Source of the DNA: Candidatus Latescibacterota bacterium
GTDB lineage: Bacteria; Latescibacterota; UBA2968; UBA8231
Direction: 5' to 3'
Assembly (NCBI GenBank): GCA_965261395.1
Contig: OZ253462.1
Span: 5,280,001 to 5,344,000, forward strand
DNA length: 64,000 nucleotides
Shown: one piece after another, positions 37,250 through 47,280 of the stretch
How positions within the stretch are numbered: the first letter of the stretch is position 1
How the letters are laid out: each line of letters starts with the position of its first letter
Translations under genes and position numbers: made by a program
The notes under the pieces: model-generated
Told to the model about the DNA's origin: nothing
What the model saw: only the letters and a program-made list of their open reading frames with translations
Databases searched by the model: none

Positions 37250-38460
37250 GCAAGAAATGGGTCTCCACGCGCTTTGCTTCGCCCACTCAGGACTTCGATC
37301 TCGATACTCTGGCTCGCCGCCTGCGCCGGGGCTTTGCTATCGCCTTAGCCTCTGCTGTGGCCCTCCTGCTCGTCATCGTTGCGATCAATCCCTTTGAGGA
37401 GGCCGAGAAGAAGGCACCACGGCCCCTGACGACCAAGTTCATCAAGCGCGAGCCGAGGCTGACCAAGCCGCTAGAGCTGCGCAAAATCCCCCAACCCAAG
37501 CGCCAGCTCGCGCGCCGCGAAGTTCAGCTAGCGCAAGCACGCATGGACCAAGTACAGGCCACGGCCTCGTTCAACACCCGCAGCCTAATCGCCGGCGTCG
37601 GCGGCTCGGGAATTCGCCTATCCGGGCAATCTAACTTCAGCCCGACGGGCACTATGACCCTAGAGCCTAAGCTAGCGGCCGCGGCGGTGACCAGCACTCG
37701 TGCCTCCGAGCACAAGATCGACATGGCCCTAGAGATGCTCGACGTCAACAACATGGATACCGGTCGCTACCGCGCCATTATCGTCCAAGACGCCACGGAC
37801 AAGCAGGCCATCAAGGGCTTCGTCAAGATGGCCCAAGTCATGTCCTCACGGGCATTGGCCGGCGGCACCTCCGGCTACGGCACGGTCACGCTCCGCGTCA
37901 AAACCATCGATAGGATGCGCGATGTACTCAACGAGTACACCGGCCTCAAGGCCGAATTCCTCGGCTTCATCACGTTTGACGACCCGCGCCTGATGGAAGT
38001 ACCTATCATCCTGCCGCAAGGTGCGCCCAATGAGGCCGAAATGGCCAACTTGGCCCAGTACCTAATGTCGGGCGGTTTTACCTTCAACGGGATCTATGAA
38101 GAAGCACTGGAAAAGTACGGCGGCCTAGTCCGCGGCAGGGACTTCTGGTCTGAGCGCCTGCCAGAGGATCACCCCGTCTATACCTCCTTCTTCGACTTGA
38201 GCGGGGGCATGCCTTTTGGCTATCCTCCCTCGCTAGGGCAGGGCAAATCGGGCGTTAGGACATGGAACTATCTGCGCGGCCATTATATCAAAGGTAGGCT
38301 AGCGAGCGTCACGCCCGGCGACACAGGGGGCTGGGGTTGGGAAAACGACCAACGCGGTGGGGATTCGACCCGTCAGCTACAACTGGCGGTCAACATCATC
38401 ATATACGCCCTGACTCAGGAAGGGTCGATTACCCAGCGCCTCATGCAGATGGTCAACTAG
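37246..38460 (+). CDS. DUF4159 domain protein with N-terminal TM anchor and Lys/Pro/Arg-rich spacer
   Basis: TM FAIALASAVALLLVIVAI; EMANLAQYLMSGGF, LPEDHPVYTSFFD, LAVNIIIYALT. Confidence 0.75.
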   Translation: MSKKWVSTRFASPTQDFDLDTLARRLRRGFAIALASAVALLLVIVAINPFEEAEKKAPRPLTTKFIKREPRLTKPLELRKIPQPKRQLARREVQLAQARMDQVQATASFNTRSLIAGVGGSGIRLSGQSNFSPTGTMTLEPKLAAAAVTSTRASEHKIDMALEMLDVNNMDTGRYRAIIVQDATDKQAIKGFVKMAQVMSSRALAGGTSGYGTVTLRVKTIDRMRDVLNEYTGLKAEFLGFITFDDPRLMEVPIILPQGAPNEAEMANLAQYLMSGGFTFNGIYEEALEKYGGLVRGRDFWSERLPEDHPVYTSFFDLSGGMPFGYPPSLGQGKSGVRTWNYLRGHYIKGRLASVTPGDTGGWGWENDQRGGDSTRQLQLAVNIIIYALTQEGSITQRLMQMVN

Positions 38461-38484
38461 GCTTTTTGCTGCAAAGACAATCCC

Positions 38485-38521
38485 AAAGCAGGTGTCAGGC
38501 CCAACCTCTGACACCTGCTTT
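38485..38521. repeat. Perfect 14-bp inverted repeat (terminator or REP-like palindrome)
   Basis: aaagcaggtgtcag / ctgacacctgcttt with 9-nt loop. Confidence 0.8.
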
Positions 38522-38537
38522 CACTTAAGTCCCCACC

Positions 38538-39356
38538 ATGTCCAAGCTCGTCCTAGCAAGCCTCTGCGCCGGCCTATTGAGCTGCGCCTCACAACAGGCC
38601 GAATACTATATCGACCAACTCGCCGATCCGCGGCGTCAAGTCCGCCTCGACGCCAGCCACGCCCTAGTGCAACTAGGCAGCGCGTCCGTCGAGCCTTTGA
38701 TGGACTACGCCACTGCCGGCAGCGATAGTCTGCGCTACATTGCCGCCCAAATCCTCGGCCAAATCGGCGACCAGCGTGCCATCCCCTTCCTCAAAGCACT
38801 CCTCCGCGCCGACAACCGCTATGTCCGCGAACAGGCCGCCCGCGCCCTCGGCCAACTCGACGATCCCCGCCTCCACGCAACCTTAGCCAGCGTCCTCGCC
38901 GGCGACTCGGCCCCAGATGTGCGCGGTGCGGCAGCTTGGAGCTTGGGCAATCTCCGCGACACCACGGCGGTGCCCTCCTTGGTGCACGCCTTAAGGGATA
39001 CCGTCCCCTCGGTGCGCCGACAGGCCCTTGCCGCGCTGCAGTTTCTGTGGACGTCGGCGGCCGAAGCCGCGGCCCTCGACGCACTCCGGGACCGCGACGA
39101 CAACGTGCGCTACATCGCCGCACAGCTATTGGGCCACCACCGGACACACCACGCCCTCGACGCGCTGTGCCTCGCCTTGACCGACGACAATATCTGGGTC
39201 CGTGCGGAGAGTGCCCGTACCCTCGGGCGCATCGGCGACACAACGGCCGTGGCCCCGCTAGAGCGCATGTTCGCCGAGCGCGAAGGGCCCGACCACGAGG
39301 CCGCAAAAGAGGCATTGCAACAGCTCACGGGCCTGAACTACGCGGTTGCCCCGTGA
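38538..39356 (+). CDS. HEAT/PBS-lyase repeat lipoprotein
   Basis: Lipobox LLSC; VREQAARALG, VRGAAAWSLG, VRAESARTLGRIGD. Confidence 0.9.
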   Translation: MSKLVLASLCAGLLSCASQQAEYYIDQLADPRRQVRLDASHALVQLGSASVEPLMDYATAGSDSLRYIAAQILGQIGDQRAIPFLKALLRADNRYVREQAARALGQLDDPRLHATLASVLAGDSAPDVRGAAAWSLGNLRDTTAVPSLVHALRDTVPSVRRQALAALQFLWTSAAEAAALDALRDRDDNVRYIAAQLLGHHRTHHALDALCLALTDDNIWVRAESARTLGRIGDTTAVAPLERMFAEREGPDHEAAKEALQQLTGLNYAVAP

Positions 39357-39382
39357 CAGCTCCCAATCAACGTCATTTCGCC

Positions 39383-39409
39383 TCTGCGTTCATCTGCGTT
39401 TATCTGCGG
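39383..39409 (+). repeat. Intergenic 10-bp microrepeat tctgcgtt(c/t)a, ~2.7 copies
   Basis: tctgcgttcatctgcgtttatctgcgg. Confidence 0.7.
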
Positions 39410-39445
39410 ATAGCCGATCTGGCGCTTTCAGACAGCATCTAAGCC

Positions 39446-41125
39446 TTGCGCGTCTTGCCGCTGTTTTGCGCCGCGCTGCTATGCACCCTCCCCCTGCGCG
39501 CCCAGCCCCAATTTAGCGACCAAACCGCTGCTGCTGGAATCACTTACCGCAATGTTTTTGGCGGGGAAGAGAAGCAGTACATCCTAGAGTCCCACGGCAG
39601 CGGTGCAGCCTTCTTCGACCACGACTCCGACGGCGACCTCGACCTCTACATAGTCAATGGGGCCACCTTTGCCACGTACCGTGCCCGCTCGGGGCCGGGC
39701 AACGCGCTCTATCGCAATCACGGCGACGGCACGTTTACGGAAATCACCCCAGAAGCCGGAGTCGGTGATGCCGGCTGGGGCAGTGGCGTGGCTGTAGGCG
39801 ACATCGACAACGACGGTCGCCCAGACCTCTATGTGACCAACTACGGGGCCAACGTACTCTACCGCAATCGCGGCGGCGACCGCTTTGCCGATGCGACCCA
39901 AGCAGCGGGCGTTGGCGGCGATCAATACAGCGCCAGCGCGGCCTTTTTCGACTACGACCGCGACGGCGATCTTGACCTCTACGTGGCCAACTACGTCGTC
40001 TTCGACGCCGAGCGCCTGCCGGCCAAACCCAAGCTCTGCACCTTTTTCAGCGGCCTCCACGTCTATTGTGGCCCCAAGGGATTAGTCGGCGCGCCGGATG
40101 TGCTCTACCGCAACGAGGGCGACGGCGCGTTTACCGACGTCACTCAAACGTCCGGCGTGGCTACCGCCAACCGCTATTACGGCTTGGGCGTGGTCCCGAC
40201 CGATTACGATTCCGATGGCGATAGCGACCTCTTTGTCGCCAACGACGAGACCCCCAATGTACTCTTCCAAAACCAAGGCGACGGCACCTTCCAAGACGTC
40301 GCCCTCATCGCGGGCGTGGCGTACAACGGCGACGGCGACGTCGAAGCCGGCATGGGCGCGGATTTTGGCGACTACGATCAAGACGGCGATCCAGACCTGT
40401 ACGTGACCCACTTTTTTACCGAGACTAACACGCTCTACCGCAACGAGGATGGCGTGCGTTTCTCCGATGTCACGACCACGGCCGGCCTCGCCGCGCCCAC
40501 AGTAGAGCTGTTAGGTTGGGGAACGCGCTTTTTCGACTACGACAACGACGGTCGCCTCGACCTCTTCGTCGCCAACGGCCACGTATATCCGCAGGTTGAC
40601 CAAGCCACAACCGGCACCACCTACCGCCAGCCCAACCAGCTCTTCCGCAACGAGGGCGACGGCCGCTTTGCCCCGGTGTCAGCCGGTCCTGGGCTGGCGC
40701 AGGCCAAAGTCAGTCGCGGCACCAGCTTTGGCGACTACGACGACGACGGCGATATCGATCTCTTCGTCGTCGAGCTCAACGACGCGCCAACTCTGTTGCG
40801 CAACGATGGGGGGAATGCGGGAAACTATCTCGTGGTGCAGGTCTTTGGCCGCGAGGACAACCGCGATGGGGTCGGCGCTCGCATCAGCCTGCAAGCGGGC
40901 GGTAAACCCCAGTGGCGCACGGTCAACGGCGCGGCCAGCTACCTCTCGCACAGCGACTTGCGCGTCCACTTCGGCTTGGGCGCGACGCAGGCCATCGACC
41001 GCGTCGAAATCACCTATCCCAACGGCAGCACCTATGCAATCGAGAACGTACCCGCCAACAAGCTCTTAGTAGTCCGCCAAGGGCAGGGGCATGCCCTCCT
41101 CGAACTAGGCGCGAATCCTTTTTGA
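39446..41125 (+). CDS. CRTAC1-family FG-GAP/VCBS repeat protein with ASPIC/UnbV domain
   Basis: DxDxDGDxDLY repeats, LYRNxGDGxFxD, SYLSHSDLRVHFGLG. Confidence 0.92.
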   Translation: MRVLPLFCAALLCTLPLRAQPQFSDQTAAAGITYRNVFGGEEKQYILESHGSGAAFFDHDSDGDLDLYIVNGATFATYRARSGPGNALYRNHGDGTFTEITPEAGVGDAGWGSGVAVGDIDNDGRPDLYVTNYGANVLYRNRGGDRFADATQAAGVGGDQYSASAAFFDYDRDGDLDLYVANYVVFDAERLPAKPKLCTFFSGLHVYCGPKGLVGAPDVLYRNEGDGAFTDVTQTSGVATANRYYGLGVVPTDYDSDGDSDLFVANDETPNVLFQNQGDGTFQDVALIAGVAYNGDGDVEAGMGADFGDYDQDGDPDLYVTHFFTETNTLYRNEDGVRFSDVTTTAGLAAPTVELLGWGTRFFDYDNDGRLDLFVANGHVYPQVDQATTGTTYRQPNQLFRNEGDGRFAPVSAGPGLAQAKVSRGTSFGDYDDDGDIDLFVVELNDAPTLLRNDGGNAGNYLVVQVFGREDNRDGVGARISLQAGGKPQWRTVNGAASYLSHSDLRVHFGLGATQAIDRVEITYPNGSTYAIENVPANKLLVVRQGQGHALLELGANPF

Positions 41126-41134
41126 TTATTTAAC

Positions 41135-42361
41135 TCAACCCGCGCTGCGCGCGGCCCGCACTCGCTCGATTTCGGCGAGCCGCTCCTGCGCGGCGGAAAA
41201 TTCGGGATGGAGTTTGAGGACCTGCTCAAAGACCGCGGCGGCCTTATTGATGTACCCGAACTCTAGGTGGAGCATCCCCAAGTTGTAGGTGGCCTCCGGG
41301 GTGCGCGGCGACCGGCTCGCGGCCCGTTTGAGGCTGGCAAGCCGTCCCTCGTATTCCTTGAGCTTGGCAAAGACCTTCATTAGCTCCTGGCCCTCGTCGC
41401 TGCGGCCCTGCTTGAGGTAGAGCTGGGCCAAGCTGTAGTGGGCACCCGCATGGCCGGGATCGCGCTTTATGGCCTCTAAGTAGTAGGTGGCGGCCTGTTC
41501 CTCGTGCCCTAGCTTGGCCGTCACTGCGCCCAAGCGGTGATAGGAGTCGGCGTGGGCTGCGTCCTTGAGCAGGGCTTGGTGAAAGTAACTCCGCGCCGCT
41601 TCGAGCTTGCCTTCCTGCTCGCTGATAACGCCGAGGTCGTAAAACGCGCTCGCCGTCTCGACGCCGAGTTCCACGGCGCGCCGATAGGCCGCCCTAGCTT
41701 CTGCGTATTGGCTCAAGGCCATGTTGCTCTCGCCCAAGAGCGCGTACACCCCCCCTTCGTCCGGGTGGTCTAAGAGGGCGCGCTGGTACTCGGCAATGGC
41801 TTCGCCCAGGCGGTGCTGCAAGTGATAGACTCTCCCCAAATTGGCCCGGGCTTGCAGGAAGTTCGGCACCAAGCGCACGGCTTTCTCGTACTGAGCGGCG
41901 GCCTCTGGGTAAAGGCCCTGTTGCTGGTAGAGATAGCCGAGATTGTAGTACACCGCCCCAAAGTCGGGCCGGAGCGCGAGCGCCTTCTTATAGCTGTCCT
42001 CTGCTGCTAAAAAACGGTCCAACCCGTCGAGCGAAACGGCGAGGCCGATCTGCGCCTCAAAGTGCTCGGGGGCCAGCGCCAGTGCCTGTTCGAAGTGGGG
42101 AATCGCCGCGTCAAAGTGCTCTAGCGCCGCGTGCGTTACGCCTAGATTGCTATGGGCTTGGGCGAGGTCTGGATCCAGCTTGACGGCCTGCTGATAGTAG
42201 CGGGCCGCTTCGTCCATTTGGCCTTGAGCGCGCAAGCGGTCGCCTTGCTCGACGGCTTCTCGCGCGGCGTTTGCCTGGTACTGCGAGTACCAGTACGAGC
42301 CGCCCAAGCCGAGGGCAATCGCCAGCGCGGCTCCTACGATATAAAAGAGACGACGCAGCAC
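41135..42361 (-). CDS. TPR protein with N-terminal membrane anchor
   Basis: AHSNLG, VYYNLG, ARANLG repeats. Confidence 0.9.
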   Translation of the reverse strand: MLRRLFYIVGAALAIALGLGGSYWYSQYQANAAREAVEQGDRLRAQGQMDEAARYYQQAVKLDPDLAQAHSNLGVTHAALEHFDAAIPHFEQALALAPEHFEAQIGLAVSLDGLDRFLAAEDSYKKALALRPDFGAVYYNLGYLYQQQGLYPEAAAQYEKAVRLVPNFLQARANLGRVYHLQHRLGEAIAEYQRALLDHPDEGGVYALLGESNMALSQYAEARAAYRRAVELGVETASAFYDLGVISEQEGKLEAARSYFHQALLKDAAHADSYHRLGAVTAKLGHEEQAATYYLEAIKRDPGHAGAHYSLAQLYLKQGRSDEGQELMKVFAKLKEYEGRLASLKRAASRSPRTPEATYNLGMLHLEFGYINKAAAVFEQVLKLHPEFSAAQERLAEIERVRAARSAG

Positions 42362-42413
42362 TTGCTCAGGGTGGGGGTTTTCGCTGCCCTGTCAGATATG
42401 GGACTCGTGTACA

Positions 42414-42866
42414 CTACTGCCGGACAACTTCTAGCGCGGTCATGATCTGATCTTGGCTCCAAGTTCCTCCGAGCCGGAGCGAACTCGTCGCTATGGAGCC
42501 GGTGATCGTGTCTTCTTCTTTGGTGAAGGCATAGACCGTCTTGGCATTGAGGTAGCGCAGCTCTAAGGTAATCTGGCCGGGATCGTCGGGCTGGAGAATG
42601 TCGATTTCCTGGATAAAATCGTTGCGGCCCTCGCCATAGATCAACGTGGCAGACAGGGTAACTTTCTTAGGGTTGACCCGCACAATGCTTATTGAAACGG
42701 GGCGATCTTGCCCACTGACGCCATTGGATAGGGCGAAATCTCCGGTGCCTTCGTATTCGCCGACCCAAGCATCGGCGTAATCGGGCGTCGGTTGAACGGC
42801 TTCATCCGAACCGCAACTTAGGGTCGTCAAGAGGCCCACTAGGGCCAACCATGTCCATTGTTTCAT
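42414..42866 (-). CDS. Hypothetical lipoprotein
   Basis: MKQWTWLALVGLLTTLSC lipobox, RBS ggagg; upstream ORF extension overlaps the divergent gene. Confidence 0.75.
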   Translation of the reverse strand: MKQWTWLALVGLLTTLSCGSDEAVQPTPDYADAWVGEYEGTGDFALSNGVSGQDRPVSISIVRVNPKKVTLSATLIYGEGRNDFIQEIDILQPDDPGQITLELRYLNAKTVYAFTKEEDTITGSIATSSLRLGGTWSQDQIMTALEVVRQ

Positions 42867-42978
42867 CGCGCGTACCTCCACAGAGATTTTGTTCGGCAAA
42901 AGTATAGCGCACAACGCGGCGTGAATCAACCACCTTGTGCCGCTGCCACTCGCCAATTCTCCCTTCAGTTCGTACACT

Positions 42979-45258
42979 ATGCAGCGCAAAATGTATCCAC
43001 TGCCAAAGACGCCAACGCGCTTAGGTATCGCGCTCGCCGCCTTCTTGGGCTGTGCCTCCGAGCCGCCCCTTCCCGCGCAGAGCACGCAGCGCTACCAACA
43101 AGCCCGTCAGTACCTAGCGGCCGGCCGCCTAGACACCGCCGCCCACGTGCTCGAAGCACTCGTCCAGCGCGACACCCTGCACTACGAGGCCGCGCTCACG
43201 CTCGGGGAAATCTACTTGCGGCAACGGCGCTACCAACAAGCCTTGTCGCCGCTCGCCCGCGCCCAGAGACTCGCGCCCGAGCGTATCGAGGCCCGGTTGC
43301 AGTTGGCCCAGACCCTAAATAAACTCGGGCGTCAAGCCGAGGCCCGCGCCCTTTTCGATTCCCTCGTGGCGGCCTTCCCCGGCAACGCGGTCGCCTGCAT
43401 GGCATACGCCGACCTCCTGATGACGCAAGACCAACCCGACGCCGCGGGTGCCCGCGCCCAGTACGAAGCCATCCTCGCCGTCGATCCTAAGCACTACCGA
43501 GCGCGCTCTGGCAAGGCCGCCTCACTGTTGCGCTTGGGCGATTTTGCCGGCGCAGCCGTCCGCCTCGACAGCTTGCTCGCCGAGCGAGCGAGCGACGTGT
43601 ACCTATCCTTCCTCTTGGGCGCGGCCCACCACCACTTGCGCCAATACCCCGAGGCCGTCGCCGCGTACAAGCGCGCCATTGACGTCCTGCCCCCGGCGTC
43701 GCCACAGCGCACCGTGCGCCAGTGGAACCTGCGACTGGCCTATATCGAGGCATATGGCACCTACCCAGGCGACCTCGAACCGGCCCATCAGATCGGCTTG
43801 GCACCGCTGGCCGAGGCGTCGCCGGTGCGCTTTACCGATGTGGCCGCAGCATCCGGCGTCGGCAAGCGCGATCGAGGGCGCGGCGTGGCGTGGCTCGACT
43901 ACGACACCGACGGCGACCCGGACCTCTTCGCCGCCGGCATCCAAGCCCCGCACGCACTCTACCGCAACGACGGCGACGGCCGCTTTGCCGACGTATCTGC
44001 CGCAGCCGACCTCGCAGACCCGCGCGGCGGCTGGGCGGCCATTGCCGCAGACTACGACGGCGATGGCCACCCCGACCTCTTTGCCACCCGCGAGGCTTGG
44101 GAGGGCCTCGCGCCTAACTCGCTCTATCGCAATCAGGGCGATGGCACCTTTCGCGATGTCGCGCCCCAAGCCGGAGTCGCTGGCACAGACGACAGCTTCA
44201 TAGCTGTCTGGACCGACTACGATAACGATGGCCTGCCGGATCTGTACGTGGCCTCGGGCATCACCGGCAGCGGGCGGCCCAATCGTCTCTACCACAATCA
44301 AGGGGACGGCACCTTTGCCGACCGCGGCGAGCAGGCCGGCGTGGCCTACCGCGGCAAAACTCTCGGCGTGACCTGTGGTGACTACGACGGCGACGGCGAC
44401 AGCGACCTCTACGCCATTGACGTGGCCGCCCCCAACCATCTCTACCGCAACGACGGGCACCACTTCAGCGACGTCACTGCCGAGGCCGGCGTGGCCAAAC
44501 CGGGCGAGGGCAGCTACGTGGGATTTTTCATCGACGGCGACGGCGACGGCGACCGCGACCTCTTCGTCTCGGCCATGAACTTTTACGAAGACATCGTGCA
44601 ATCGCAGGTCACGGGGCTGGCCCTGCGCCCGAACCGCGCTTATCTCTACCGCAACGACGGGGAGACCTTCCGCGACATTGCCCCTCAGCAGGGGCTGGCC
44701 CGCTCCTTTGGCTCGATGGGCGCGGGCTATGGCGACGTGGACTACGACGGTCTAATCGACATCTATCTGGCCAATGGTGGTCCCATAATGGCGCGCTTTG
44801 AACCCAACACCCTATTCCACAATCGCGGCGACCGCTTTGCCGACATCACGGCCGCAGCCGGCGTCGGCAACCCGGGCAAGGGACACGGCGTGGGTTTTGC
44901 TGACTACGACCTCGACGGTGATCTCGACCTTTATACCGCGGTCGGCGGCCACTACCCAGGCGACTTGTGGGCCAACAGCCTGTACCGCAACGAGGGTCAT
45001 TCCAACCACTTTCTCGGCGTGGATTTAGGGCCTCAAGCCATCGGCGCGCAGTTGCGCCTGCGCGCCCAAGATCTGCTCGGGGTCGTGGAAATCAGCAGCG
45101 GTCCGGGGTTCGGATCGTCCAACAGCTTATCCCCGGCCATCGGCCTAGGGGCGCGCACCCGCGTCGATACCCTCGAAATCCGCTGGCCCACCGGCGTGCA
45201 GCAAGTGTACGCCGATCTGGAAATCGACCGCTTCCACCGCTTTGTCGGGCAGCCCTGA
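42979..45258 (+). CDS. TPR + FG-GAP repeat + ASPIC/UnbV lipoprotein
   Basis: Lipobox FLGC; N-terminal TPRs; DYDxDGxxDL repeats; KGHGVGFAD; VDTLEIRWP; start 42979 or 42991. Confidence 0.9.
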   Translation: MQRKMYPLPKTPTRLGIALAAFLGCASEPPLPAQSTQRYQQARQYLAAGRLDTAAHVLEALVQRDTLHYEAALTLGEIYLRQRRYQQALSPLARAQRLAPERIEARLQLAQTLNKLGRQAEARALFDSLVAAFPGNAVACMAYADLLMTQDQPDAAGARAQYEAILAVDPKHYRARSGKAASLLRLGDFAGAAVRLDSLLAERASDVYLSFLLGAAHHHLRQYPEAVAAYKRAIDVLPPASPQRTVRQWNLRLAYIEAYGTYPGDLEPAHQIGLAPLAEASPVRFTDVAAASGVGKRDRGRGVAWLDYDTDGDPDLFAAGIQAPHALYRNDGDGRFADVSAAADLADPRGGWAAIAADYDGDGHPDLFATREAWEGLAPNSLYRNQGDGTFRDVAPQAGVAGTDDSFIAVWTDYDNDGLPDLYVASGITGSGRPNRLYHNQGDGTFADRGEQAGVAYRGKTLGVTCGDYDGDGDSDLYAIDVAAPNHLYRNDGHHFSDVTAEAGVAKPGEGSYVGFFIDGDGDGDRDLFVSAMNFYEDIVQSQVTGLALRPNRAYLYRNDGETFRDIAPQQGLARSFGSMGAGYGDVDYDGLIDIYLANGGPIMARFEPNTLFHNRGDRFADITAAAGVGNPGKGHGVGFADYDLDGDLDLYTAVGGHYPGDLWANSLYRNEGHSNHFLGVDLGPQAIGAQLRLRAQDLLGVVEISSGPGFGSSNSLSPAIGLGARTRVDTLEIRWPTGVQQVYADLEIDRFHRFVGQP

Positions 45259-45259
45259 G

Positions 45260-46471
45260 ATGGTGTGGCGACTATTCTGCACGGTATTTGCGCTCGCCTC
45301 CTGCGCATCCGATCCAGCACCAGCACCGGATGCAACCGCTCACCTCGCTCGCGCCCGCGCTCACTTTGTGTCGACTCACTTTGAAGAAGCGGCCGCAGCC
45401 GCCCGCGCCGGGCTAGCCATCGACTCAACGAACGCAGACCTCCACAATGTGCTGGCCTCGTCCCATGCGGCTCAGGGCCGCTACGCACTGGCCATAGAAT
45501 CCCTCGAAGCAACCGTGCGCCTCAAGCCCGATTACGCCATGGGCTTTGTCAATCTCGGCGGGATCTACACCAAGCTGGGCCAGTACGATCGCGCCGACAC
45601 CTATCTCCAGCGCGCCGTCCAACTCAACCCCGACAACTCGCCGGTGCGCCGGCGCTTGGGGGAGCTGTACTTATCCACAGGGCGCTATGCCGAGGCCACC
45701 CGCGAGCTGCTCGAAGCCCTGCGCCTCTTTCCCAACGACGCCACGCTCTACTACTACCTCGGCCAAAGCCTCGCGACCGAGGACCGGCAGGACGATGCCT
45801 TGGAGGCCTTTCAGCGCGCCACCTTGCTCGATATCGGCTTTGCCGACGCCTTCTATCGCCTCGCCACCCTCGCCCGCAAGGCTGGCCACGACATCTTGGC
45901 GCAGCAGGCCCTGACGAGCTTTGAGCACCTGCAAACACTCGGCGGCAAGGAGGTCAAGCGGCTGCGTGCAGCCATCCTCAACGCGCCCGAAGAAGCCGCT
46001 CATCACTACAACCTCGGCCTGTTCTTCGTCCGGCACGGGTACTTTGCCCAAGCCGAGAACAAATTCGACCGGGCCGTCGCCCTGCGTCCCGGGGACCTCG
46101 CCCTGCTCAACCGCCTCGCCGGCGATCTCCTGAAGCTGCAACAGCCCGAGGCCGCGCTCCGTTACTTACAGGCCGCCCTCGACCAAGACCCAGCGCATTT
46201 TCCCGCCTTGCTCAGCGCCGGCCACATCGCCGGCCAGCTCAGGCGCTACGACGAGGCCGTCGCCTACTGCCGCCGAGTAGTGGCGGCGCGCCCAGACGAC
46301 GCCGAGGGCTGGTACCTCCTCGGCTTGGGCTTGTTCAGCAATGGAGAACGCGCCGCCGCTGAACAGGCGTTGCGCCGCAGCCTAGCGCTGAGCGCGGACG
46401 CCGAGGAACTGCGCGCTAAAACCCAGCAACTTCTCAACACCCTGCAACAACAATCCACAGGAACGCCTTGA
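45260..46471 (+). CDS. TPR lipoprotein
   Basis: Lipobox LASC; serial TPRs. Confidence 0.88.
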   Translation: MVWRLFCTVFALASCASDPAPAPDATAHLARARAHFVSTHFEEAAAAARAGLAIDSTNADLHNVLASSHAAQGRYALAIESLEATVRLKPDYAMGFVNLGGIYTKLGQYDRADTYLQRAVQLNPDNSPVRRRLGELYLSTGRYAEATRELLEALRLFPNDATLYYYLGQSLATEDRQDDALEAFQRATLLDIGFADAFYRLATLARKAGHDILAQQALTSFEHLQTLGGKEVKRLRAAILNAPEEAAHHYNLGLFFVRHGYFAQAENKFDRAVALRPGDLALLNRLAGDLLKLQQPEAALRYLQAALDQDPAHFPALLSAGHIAGQLRRYDEAVAYCRRVVAARPDDAEGWYLLGLGLFSNGERAAAEQALRRSLALSADAEELRAKTQQLLNTLQQQSTGTP

Positions 46472-47280
46472 CCGCGCTACTTTCGCTCCTTTTGCCCCTC
46501 GCCCTCTATGTCGCTTGTAGCGAGTCAGACTCCCGCGCCGAGGATTGGTCCCAACACTATCAAGCCGGGCGCACAGCCCTCGGCCAGAGTCGCTTCACCG
46601 AGGCCGAACAAGCCCTATCCCATGCCTTGACCTTAGCGGAGGCGTGGGACTCCGACGACCCGCGCTACGACCGCACCGCCCACCAGCTCGCCCAGCTCCA
46701 CGTCGTGCGCGGTGAACTCGCGCGGGCCGAAAGCCTCTACCAACACTTGCGCGAGCGGCAAGCGGCTTTCCCGGACGACCATCCCGACAAGATGTTGACG
46801 CTCGACAAGCTAGGCGACACCTATCGGCTCCAGCAGCGGCCGGCCGAGGCCGCCGCGCTCTACGACCGCGTCCTCGCCTTTCAGCAGGTGCATCGAGGCG
46901 ATGAAGAAGTTGCCGCGACCATGCAGAAGTTATCCGACCTCTACCGAGCACGGGGCGACCACGCCGCGGCCGATTCCCTCGCTCTGCGAGCCCAAGCCCT
47001 AAACCTCCGCGCCCGCGCCCATGCCCTGTTCCTCCAAGGCCACTACCAACAGGCCGCACCCCTGTACCACAGCGCGCTGACCCTGCAAGCGGGCGATCAT
47101 CCCGACTTGGCTCGCACCTGTTACTACCTAGGCCGCCTGTACGACGCGCAGGATCGCTATCGGCAAGCCGAACACTTCTACCGGCGCGCCCTTGCCGCGT
47201 CTCCCACCAGCGACCCCGATCGAGTCAATGCAGCACTCGCCGACCTACTTGCCCGCAAGGCTGCATCCGCCCATCCCTAA
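46468..47280 (+). CDS. TPR lipoprotein (kinesin-light-chain-like TPR_12 repeats)
   Basis: Lipobox YVAC; HPDKMLTLDKLG, HPDLARTCYYLGRLY. Confidence 0.85.
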   Translation: MTALLSLLLPLALYVACSESDSRAEDWSQHYQAGRTALGQSRFTEAEQALSHALTLAEAWDSDDPRYDRTAHQLAQLHVVRGELARAESLYQHLRERQAAFPDDHPDKMLTLDKLGDTYRLQQRPAEAAALYDRVLAFQQVHRGDEEVAATMQKLSDLYRARGDHAAADSLALRAQALNLRARAHALFLQGHYQQAAPLYHSALTLQAGDHPDLARTCYYLGRLYDAQDRYRQAEHFYRRALAASPTSDPDRVNAALADLLARKAASAHP

